Shown: positions 18,425-24,562 of the stretch, one piece after another
Numbering within the stretch: position 1 is the first letter of the stretch
Layout: every line of letters begins with the position of its first letter
Origin: a virus
Virus record (IMG/VR): IMGVR_UViG_3300006188_000008
DNA: 64,000 bases
Direction: 5' to 3' (one strand)
The notes under the pieces: model-generated
Seen by the model: the letters and a program-made list of their open reading frames with translations, nothing else
Told to the model about the DNA's origin: nothing
Database searches by the model: none
Made by a program: the position numbers and the translations under genes

Positions 18425-18610
18425 CTAAAGTTTAGCTTTTATATAATAGTAAACATGAATCCATCTTAAATAAGTCCATCCTGGGAAACATCTATCTGAA
18501 TAATATATAGTTCCACACTCTAAATTGTCATAATCAACTAAGTCTTGATTTTTATCTAAGACTAAAATAGCGAATAGATTCATATCAGTTTTACTTTGTA
18601 GTAAATACAA
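18425..18610 (-). CDS. Small hypothetical protein
   Basis: MYLLQSK...AIL...IYYS...KL. Confidence 0.5.
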   Translation of the reverse strand: MYLLQSKTDMNLFAILVLDKNQDLVDYDNLECGTIYYSDRCFPGWTYLRWIHVYYYIKAKL

Positions 18611-18786
18611 GGATTCCTCATGTTACGTCTAGAAGAAATTACATTTCTTTACATTAGATTTCTCTAATGTTTCTTGTTTGTTTTGTTTTTAACAATTAAG
18701 TATTAGTATAAGCCATTATTGTTTACTCACTTCTAGAAAGTGAACTAACATAATACACATTAAGAATGTTACTCCTAAATAAATAA

Positions 18787-19050
18787 TCATGATATATAAA
18801 TAACTTCTTTTATTTCTTGCAATTCTAGAGGAATGTTATCTGCGTCATATCGACTATCCCAACACAAATCCCATAAATTTCTAATAGAGTCTTTTTTACC
18901 TATAGCTCTGGTAGTTTTAACTACAATTTCATCTACTAAATAAATCTGATCTTCGTTATTAGACTCCATATCATCAGGAATAACTACAGGTAAGTTGGGC
19001 ATAGATAAAAGTTTAAATGCCAACTCATGAGCTTTAATGTATTTAAGCAT
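18787..19050 (-). CDS. Hypothetical protein
   Basis: AHELAFKLLSMPNLPV, a phage-type small protein. Confidence 0.55.
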   Translation of the reverse strand: MLKYIKAHELAFKLLSMPNLPVVIPDDMESNNEDQIYLVDEIVVKTTRAIGKKDSIRNLWDLCWDSRYDADNIPLELQEIKEVIYIS

Positions 19051-19233
19051 TTTATTCTTTCACAAAATAAAAGAAAGAGACTCCGTAAAGAGTCTCTTAT
19101 AATTTAGAATAATGTAGTTCCGATTAGAACTACTAAGCATCCGAGCATTACACTAGCAAATTGCTGCTCTCCTTTGATAATAAAGGCTAAGCACAATAGT
19201 CCTACAGTTAGGATAGTAATGTTGGGATTTTGT

Positions 19234-19563
19234 TTAACCATCTTTCTTCGTCAATTTACTACGAAGTAGATCTCCACTAGAACCTTCTAGAAGACTATTG
19301 TCAATAATGATAGAGTGACCATTCTTACTATCGTAGAAAACAATATTTCCTTGACGATCCTCCAAAATTTGATTCACATGAATAGTTACCTTAGACATAG
19401 TTTCATTCTCCTTAGTGTTTATTAACATACCAGTTAAAATTTGATTAAGATCACAAAAACATTCAATACCTCTGGATCTTTTATCTGAATCACATTCACA
19501 GATATAATTCAAATTATACTCCCGTCCAGTTCCAGCGAACTGCTCCCTTACGAAAGTGACCAT
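19234..19563 (-). CDS. Hypothetical protein (true start likely later, MSKVT)
   Basis: ORF in operon orientation. Confidence 0.45.
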   Translation of the reverse strand: MVTFVREQFAGTGREYNLNYICECDSDKRSRGIECFCDLNQILTGMLINTKENETMSKVTIHVNQILEDRQGNIVFYDSKNGHSIIIDNSLLEGSSGDLLRSKLTKKDG

Positions 19564-19786
19564 CTACCCACTGTTCCTTACCTTGTGTTCGTGTAAGGCC
19601 ATAGGAGCCACATACAAAGCTGTCTCCGCTCATGCGACATCTAGCTCGAATCTCGCTCTCAAGCTTATCAGTTTGTTCTTGAATAGGTTTTAGAAGGTTC
19701 TCATATACGAGAGCATCTTGCTTAAGTTTACGCAGTTGCTCAAATTTTTGATGAAGATCAGTGTCTACTCCAATTTGGACAGTCAT
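19514..19786 (-). CDS. Small coiled-coil protein
   Basis: Heptad-rich N half, beta-rich C half. Confidence 0.55.
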   Translation of the reverse strand: MTVQIGVDTDLHQKFEQLRKLKQDALVYENLLKPIQEQTDKLESEIRARCRMSGDSFVCGSYGLTRTQGKEQWVDGHFRKGAVRWNWTGV

Positions 19787-19986
19787 AGTCTATTAATACC
19801 TCTATCTCTATAAATATCCCAGAACATGGTTGTTGCTGCCACATAACAAAGTTCGTTATGTCCAGTTAATCTTAACTGATACGAACAATAAAGTAGACCT
19901 AAAAGAGGTAACCCTTTTTCTAAAAGATAGAATAAAATATTTACATATTTATTGTCCATAAAAAGTTTTGGCATAATCCTTTTCAT
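19783..19986 (-). CDS. Small membrane protein
   Basis: Hydrophobic stretches; ATGA overlap. Confidence 0.5.
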   Translation of the reverse strand: MKRIMPKLFMDNKYVNILFYLLEKGLPLLGLLYCSYQLRLTGHNELCYVAATTMFWDIYRDRGINRL

Positions 19987-20368
19987 AAACTAAAGTTATA
20001 TACCCAAACAATCTACCAAGATGGAATAATCCATTAAAAATAAATAAAAAAGTAATAGAAAACCAAGAATTATTTAATAAAGTTCCAATTCCTATAAATA
20101 AATGGGAAATTATTCCATACATAAAAAACACCCATAAATGAGCATCTGTAAAAGCTTTTTCAAAGCCTTCAAGATTTTTACTAAACTTAGGATTTAAAGA
20201 AAAAGCCTTTAACATCTCCCATAGGCCTAATTTTTTTAGGATCCAAATTGGGAAGTAGAAAATTTTACGTAAAGTTAGTCGTTTAGACTTATCGTCTTTT
20301 AGATACATGTTATTAATACAGGCTTCCTCATAGAAATTTAAACCCATAAGTCCCTTTCTAACATACAA
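19949..20368 (-). CDS. Membrane protein
   Basis: Two hydrophobic segments in the C half. Confidence 0.55.
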   Translation of the reverse strand: MYVRKGLMGLNFYEEACINNMYLKDDKSKRLTLRKIFYFPIWILKKLGLWEMLKAFSLNPKFSKNLEGFEKAFTDAHLWVFFMYGIISHLFIGIGTLLNNSWFSITFLFIFNGLFHLGRLFGYITLVYEKDYAKTFYGQ

Positions 20369-20801
20369 TTAATTTTCTCTTATACAAAGAAGATTCTCTA
20401 TCTCGATAAGTTATAACTCCAGTTCGTAAACAACCTTGCCAATAAACAAACCAAGTATCTTTTCTTAATTCTTTCCAAATTAGAAGAGTATGGTCAATTT
20501 TAGAGGTTATCCAAAACTTTTGGGAATTTCTAATAATTACCGAAGTCCTACCTTTTTTATGGTTTGTTTTTATAGCTTTAAATTGTTCTTCAGTGACAAT
20601 TAAACTCTCTGAGTCATAATAACTTAATCCCTTTAAGCCAACATAAGCTTCAGAAGCTTTTAAGTAAGAATTTGAAGGTGCCGATAAATCTAAAGTATAT
20701 AATTTCATTTTAGCCTTAAAAGAAAAAAAGACTAAGTTATTAACTATACTTTTATAAAAGTAATCGAAGAGGAAAGGGAGGTAGGAAGGGAAACTCTTCA
20801 A
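20358..20801 (-). CDS. Hypothetical protein (true start likely MKLYTL)
   Basis: ORF in operon orientation. Confidence 0.5.
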   Translation of the reverse strand: MKSFPSYLPFLFDYFYKSIVNNLVFFSFKAKMKLYTLDLSAPSNSYLKASEAYVGLKGLSYYDSESLIVTEEQFKAIKTNHKKGRTSVIIRNSQKFWITSKIDHTLLIWKELRKDTWFVYWQGCLRTGVITYRDRESSLYKRKLIVC

Positions 20802-20875
20802 TTATATTTTAAAGTAAACACAACTTAATCTTTTAGAAATTCAAGTGAACGACCAGGATATCACTTAAATTGTTT

Positions 20876-20952
20876 TGGTGGGAAGAGAATCTTGGCGAGA
20901 CCCGACTTCGGAGTTTTCAATTCCGCGCTCTAACCGTCTGAGCTATCTTCCC
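20876..20952 (-). tRNA. tRNA-Phe(GAA)-like, aberrant T-loop
   Basis: GGGAAGA/TCTTCCC A CCA; CGGAA-TTGAAAA-CTCCG; T-loop TCGCCAA. Confidence 0.8.
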
Positions 20953-20962
20953 ATGTAGCCTT

Positions 20963-21126
20963 AGATTTAAATAGAAATTTGTTAAAAGTGATAACACATT
21001 TTTTACTAGCGCGTTTACCATTCCGCCACTCGTCTATATAGACGAGGCAGGACTTGAACCTGCAAATCTTTCGATACTAATTCCTCATAGAATGTATTGT
21101 TATCTAAACACAAACTTCTAAAACCT
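20963..21126 (-). ncRNA. Circularly permuted tRNA mimic A (YrlA-like, Leu-type body)
   Basis: 5' stems, TACATTC, ATTAG, variable arm, GCAGG-TTCAAGT-CCTGC, acceptor closed by ATAT loop, D-arm GCG-GAATGGTAAA-CGC, CTAGT, complementary 3' stems. Confidence 0.85.
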
Positions 21127-21167
21127 GCAAATTATCGAAACGCTACTAACGATAATTTTAATTAAAA

Positions 21168-21255
21168 AGAGAATTCAACAAACACGAACGGATCAGGATC
21201 GACTAGGAAGGGACGCCAACAAACAAAAGGAGACAAAACACTTGTTGAATTCTCT
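21168..21255 (-). ncRNA. Hairpin RNA with 14-bp stem and 60-nt pyrimidine-rich loop
   Basis: AGAGAATTCAACAA/TTGTTGAATTCTCT starting 1 nt after a tRNA CCA, followed by a T tract. Confidence 0.55.
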
Positions 21256-21256
21256 A

Positions 21257-21333
21257 TGGTGGAGCAGGCTACTTGCCGAGTAGCGACCTCTGCGTTTTCA
21301 ATGCAACGTTCTAAACATCTGAACTACCGCTCC
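21257..21333 (-). tRNA. tRNA-Phe(GAA)-like, aberrant D- and T-loops
   Basis: GGAGCGG/CTGCTCC A CCA; TTGCA-TTGAAAA-CGCAG; D-loop lacks GG; T-loop TCGGCAA. Confidence 0.78.
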
Positions 21334-21931
21334 ATATATTAGATCTATAAAATTCTTTTAACCAAAATCCCTTAGGCTTGAGTTCTATTTGAAATTTTTT
21401 TGCTTTATTAGCAATAGTTTTATCTGAACATCCAAAAATTTTTGCAATTTTTGTTAACGGTAATTTTTCTATAAGATCTTTTAATTCTTCTTTACTTATA
21501 TCAAATTTAGAATGTTTAGGTAAAGATAGAAAGCACTTTTTACACAGTGTAGAATTAGGGTCTTTTACAAATTCATTGCATATATTACATTTTTTTGTAA
21601 TAAAAACACCCTGAATAGTGTAAACACCTTCCTCAGTTAAAGATCTATCTTTCTTTAGACAAGATTTTTTCTTAAGATTTTTTCCTCCAAAAGTTTCAGT
21701 TTGGCTGTGACAATTTTTGCAAAGAAATCTAAGATTTGACAACTCATTATTTCCAGGACATCCGTCAATATGATCTAGATCTAGAGACAAAGGTTTGCCT
21801 TGCCAATAAGGTTCTTGATTACATATTTGACAAACGTAAGGAATTAAGTTTTCTTCTAAAATAATTTTACGATAAAGAGAAGATCTTATACGTTTATTAG
21901 TATCTTTTTCTCTTATAAAGATATTAGTCAT
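21311..21931 (-). CDS. HNH endonuclease with C-terminal HTH (homing-type)
   Basis: CQIC...LDLDHIDG..GNN..SNLRFLCKNCH; C-terminal LTKIAKIFGCSDKTI. Confidence 0.85.
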   Translation of the reverse strand: MTNIFIREKDTNKRIRSSLYRKIILEENLIPYVCQICNQEPYWQGKPLSLDLDHIDGCPGNNELSNLRFLCKNCHSQTETFGGKNLKKKSCLKKDRSLTEEGVYTIQGVFITKKCNICNEFVKDPNSTLCKKCFLSLPKHSKFDISKEELKDLIEKLPLTKIAKIFGCSDKTIANKAKKFQIELKPKGFWLKEFYRSNIWSGSSDV

Positions 21932-22025
21932 AATAACCCTAGTATTATGACTATATAAAAAAGAAACCTTTTCTGTTAAAAAATCCTACCTAAAAAATTA
22001 TTCGGGACACAGATAATTTCTTTAA

Positions 22026-22101
22026 TGGTGGAATCTGACAACAATCACATTTGCCGATCTGAGTTTTTCACGCCCATGCTTTATTACTAAGCTAAGATTC
22101 C
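22026..22101 (-). tRNA. tRNA-Phe(GAA)-like, strongly degenerate T-arm
   Basis: GGAATCT/AGATTCC A CCA; TGGGC-GTGAAAA-ACTCA; no D-loop GG; no TTC loop. Confidence 0.65.
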
Positions 22102-22106
22102 ATAAC

Positions 22107-22183
22107 TGGTGGGAGAAAGTGGAATTACACGCACTGACCTCCGAGGGTTCAATTCGGCGCTCTGACTACTGAGCTATTCTCCC
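22107..22183 (-). tRNA. tRNA-Phe(GAA)-like, aberrant D- and T-loops
   Basis: GGGAGAA/TTCTCCC A CCA; CCGAA-TTGAACC-CTCGG; T-arm AGTG-CGTGTAATTC-CACT. Confidence 0.75.
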
Positions 22184-22256
22184 AGGAGGCTTCAATCGTC
22201 GCTTAAGGAGGAAATTATTCTCTGCCCGAAAGTCTGATCAAAACCTTGTATAACTT

Positions 22257-22375
22257 TTAAACTTGCTGAACAATTTTCAAAATTAAACTAATAACTAAAA
22301 CAGCTAAGAATAATTTCAAAAGAAGTTGACCAGCACAATAGCTACTATGAAGAATATTACTGCCCAATGAAGCAT
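22257..22375 (-). pseudogene. Frameshifted DUF1328/UPF0391-like small membrane protein remnant
   Basis: Frame 1 MLHWAVIFFIVAI; second frame AGQLLLKLFLAVLVISLI; central GFGG segment missing. Family recognised from memory. Confidence 0.45.
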
Positions 22376-22476
22376 TATTGGTTAACTACAACGCGTTCAA
22401 CCCAACGCAATACTTCCACAAAAACTTTAGCTCCAGTAAGAGCTGCTTTCAATCCAAGCCAAACAACAGTTTTCAT
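22375..22476 (-). CDS. 33-aa amphipathic small protein
   Basis: GGAG RBS; MKTVVWLGLKAALTGAKVFVEVLRWVERVVVNQ. Confidence 0.45.
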   Translation of the reverse strand: MKTVVWLGLKAALTGAKVFVEVLRWVERVVVNQ

Positions 22477-22477
22477 T

Positions 22478-22696
22478 TTACTCCTTATAACTCGCAGTAG
22501 TGACATTAAATACAGGTCCTGTCATGCCTACAGAACACATAGAGTCTTCTAGTTCACCTTCTAGAACTAATTCATAACCTTCTACTTGAAGATTTTCATT
22601 CAATCCTTCCAAAGTAAACATTTGGCCTTCTTCGGTTTTTAGGACAAGATGTCCACCTTCAAGGTCATTCTTTTCTAAAGTTCCGGTAAGAGTCAT
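22478..22696 (-). CDS. Small beta-barrel/OB-like protein (possibly DUF5818-like)
   Basis: GTLEKNDLEGGHLVL...LEGEL...C..G. Confidence 0.55.
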   Translation of the reverse strand: MTLTGTLEKNDLEGGHLVLKTEEGQMFTLEGLNENLQVEGYELVLEGELEDSMCSVGMTGPVFNVTTASYKE

Positions 22697-22722
22697 AATT
22701 TTTCTCTTTTCAAAATAATAAG

Positions 22723-22851
22723 CCCGTTAAAATCTTCTAAATAATCGTGGGACAGATGCTCTATCCATTGAGCTACTATAGAATTTCTTCATATAGACAG
22801 GAATTGAACCTGTAACTTTCTGTGGGAATGTAGATTATTTAATAACACGGG
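22723..22851 (-). ncRNA. Circularly permuted tRNA mimic B (YrlA-like, Arg-type body)
   Basis: CCCGT and AAATAAT stems, TACATTC, ACAGA, ACAGG-TTCAATT-CCTGT, acceptor closed by GAAA loop, GCTC-AATGGATA-GAGC, TCTGT, complementary 3' stems. Confidence 0.85.
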
Positions 22852-22856
22852 TTTGT

Positions 22857-22935
22857 TGGTGGAGCAAACTACCTCGGTAAGTAGTGTCCTTCGGGTTTTC
22901 AATCCGACGCTCTTGGACCACTGAGCTATCGCTCC
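22857..22935 (-). tRNA. tRNA-Phe(GAA)-like, aberrant 8-nt T-loop
   Basis: GGAGCGA/TTGCTCC A CCA; TCGGA-TTGAAAA-CCCGA; ACTAC-TTACCGAG-GTAGT. Confidence 0.78.
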
Positions 22936-22941
22936 ATATAA

Positions 22942-23099
22942 AAGAATTTAATACTTAAAGATTATCCAAATTATTTGACTTCAGCCTCTCGTCCACAGAC
23001 TCTTCGTTTATTTCTAAACTGATTAGCCCGGAGGGATTCGAACCCCCGTTTCTCGTAAAAGAAAGAATGTATTTTGGAAGTAGACACTATTAAATTCTT
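22942..23099 (-). ncRNA. Circularly permuted tRNA mimic C (YrlA-like, Glu-type body)
   Basis: 12-bp outer stem AAGAATTTAATA, TCCAAA/TTTGGA, TACATTC, GGGGG-TTCGAAT-CCCTC, extended acceptor closed by GAAA, GAC-GAGAGGCTGAA-GTC. Confidence 0.8.
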
Positions 23100-23101
23100 A
23101 T

Positions 23102-23177
23102 TGGTGCCCAAAGCCGGTTCTACCCACGGCCACCCCTACGGTTTCAATGTAGTGCTCTACTACTGAGCTATTTGGGC
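23102..23177 (-). tRNA. tRNA-Phe(GAA)-like, aberrant D- and T-loops
   Basis: GCCCAAA/TTTGGGC A CCA; CTACA-TTGAAAC-CGTAG; GCCG-TGGGTAGAAC-CGGC. Confidence 0.75.
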
Positions 23178-23185
23178 ATAAATTG

Positions 23186-23251
23186 CCTAAGTTAACTTTT
23201 AAATTCATTAACTTAGGACTTAACTACATAGTTTTTAAATTCACTATGTAG
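23186..23251 (-). repeat. Two tandem hairpins with the same TGAATTTAAAA loop
   Basis: CTACATAGT-GAATTTAAAA-ACTATGTAG and CCTAAGTTAA-TGAATTTAAAAG-TTAACTTAGG. Confidence 0.7.
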
Positions 23252-23274
23252 AATTGAAGTGAATAACCACGTTC

Positions 23275-23350
23275 TGGTGGGAAAGGATGGGATTGAACCA
23301 CCGACCTGCTCTTTTTCACGGAGCCGCTCTAGTCTCTGAGCTACCTTCCC
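23275..23350 (-). tRNA. tRNA-Phe(GAA), canonical T-loop but no D-loop GG
   Basis: GGGAAGG/CTTTCCC A CCA; GCTCC-GTGAAAA-AGAGC; T-loop TTCAATC. Confidence 0.85.
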
Positions 23351-23431
23351 AAGTCAGGACTTCCTAGTTAAAAATGAATCAATTATAAGCAGTTCAAATG
23401 AGTGTAAATTGACTCTAAACACTAAGAAGTT

Positions 23432-23572
23432 TGGCGGAAGAGGAGAGATTTACACTCACCATCCAAATTAGTGAATTCTAAATCCGGTCGGCAAGAATTC
23501 TTAAAATTACTTCGCAACGAATACTGAAACGAATTAATTACCTAATTTGTATTTTTGTTAAATTACTCTTCC
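23432..23572 (-). ncRNA. 141-nt tRNA-like RNA with acceptor stem, T-like arm and CCA
   Basis: GGAAGAG/CTCTTCC G CCA; GTGAG-TGTAAAT-CTCTC; internal CAAATTAG/CTAATTTG and GAATTCT/AGAATTC helices. Confidence 0.6.
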
Positions 23573-23625
23573 GTAAATCCTGAATTTGATTCAAAGGTCA
23601 ACAAATTTCCTCAAATTCAGGTGTT

Positions 23626-23733
23626 AGTCAGCGACGACTGACTAGTTTTGAAATTCAGTGTTTCCACTTTCATTCGGTGTCTTCAGCGATTTGTAGCTTC
23701 CTTTTTCTCTTCAGTCGCCGTTCGCTGTCGACT
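23626..23733 (-). ncRNA. Leader RNA with paired ends and purine-rich loop
   Basis: AGT..CAGCGA..CGACTGA pairs with TCAGTCG-TCGCTG-ACT; begins at the predicted TSS. Confidence 0.5.
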
Positions 23734-23738
23734 TCGTT

Positions 23739-23767
23739 AATATACAGGATCGGTTCCGACTTGTCAA
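23739..23767 (-). promoter_or_regulatory. Sigma70-type promoter of the RNA array
   Basis: TTGACA-17 bp-TATATT. Confidence 0.8.
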
Positions 23768-24069
23768 GCGTTTTTAGAAAAAACTTTGAACTTCTTTCTT
23801 GTCCCCTACTTGTCCCATACTATAGGAGAAAGACTAACCTCCTCGGATAGACTGGAAGCTAGTCAACATCCAGTTATCTTCGGTCTTCTCAAGAACATAG
23901 AACTCAAACCCTACTAACACATGCATGTTATCAAAGTAACGTTGTTCATTCTCCTGTAAATCTTTTTTTAGTTCTTCTATATCTTCGAATTGTAAATACA
24001 TAAATTTTTCCTAAAGGTGTTTTTATTTTATTTCTACAATCCTTTATATTCAGGAGGATTGAGATTATT

Positions 24070-24330
24070 ATGAATAATGTTATTTCTTGGTTTGCCAGTT
24101 TAATCGCTGGTCTGCTTCCCATCATGCTTGCGGCCGAAGCCGACGGTGGAACTGGTGCAGAAAAGAAAGCCAAAGTAGTTGCCGAAATCATGAAACATCT
24201 TAAAGATCCTAATGTTCCTATTAACATGCCCACTTGGTTGCCCGAAGGTGTTGTTACTTGGGTCATTAGTCTTTTAGTTGATTTGATTGTTACTCAGTTG
24301 AATAAACTTGATTTTTTCAAAAAATCCTAA
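24070..24330 (+). CDS. Small membrane-associated protein (holin-like?)
   Basis: AGGAGG RBS; two hydrophobic helices around GAEKK. Confidence 0.65.
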   Translation: MNNVISWFASLIAGLLPIMLAAEADGGTGAEKKAKVVAEIMKHLKDPNVPINMPTWLPEGVVTWVISLLVDLIVTQLNKLDFFKKS

Positions 24331-24562
24331 GTCTATATAAGACTTTAGAAACTGAAAAGTTAAAGGTTAAATTCGAAAAAGATTCTTTTAAACTTGTTGC
24401 CGAAGCTATGGAAAAACTTCAACCTAGAGGAAAAGAAGTTACGTGGTTAAAAGGCACCTATCTAGAAAATAAACCAGTTGTTCTTCCAACTATAATTGTA
24501 GGAAAAGACTCGTCTCCGACGCCTGACCAATTGGTAAATAATCTAATCAATAAGTTAAAGCC

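Noticed and set aside
20963-23099. Permuted RNAs as group I intron or BHB-spliced tRNAs
   Set aside because: Flanks are too short for a ribozyme core, and no consistent bulge-helix-bulge or restorable anticodon loop in B and C; kept only as a testable alternative.
17484-23350. Stop-codon reassignment or suppressor tRNA
   Set aside because: Anticodons are TAA (Leu) and GAA only; long genes are intact under code 11.
23432-23572. tRNA-Sec or tmRNA interpretation of the 141-nt RNA
   Set aside because: No UCA anticodon loop and no Sec machinery or recoded TGA seen; lacks the tmRNA G3-U70/A73 alanine end and tag frame.
20838-23767. CRISPR array reading of the repeated hairpin/spacer pattern
   Set aside because: No identical direct repeats with regular spacing; no cas genes.
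23946-24266. Minus-strand 106-aa ORF
   Set aside because: Antisense to 24070-24330; a different 55-aa frame (about 23835-24002) fits the RBS better.
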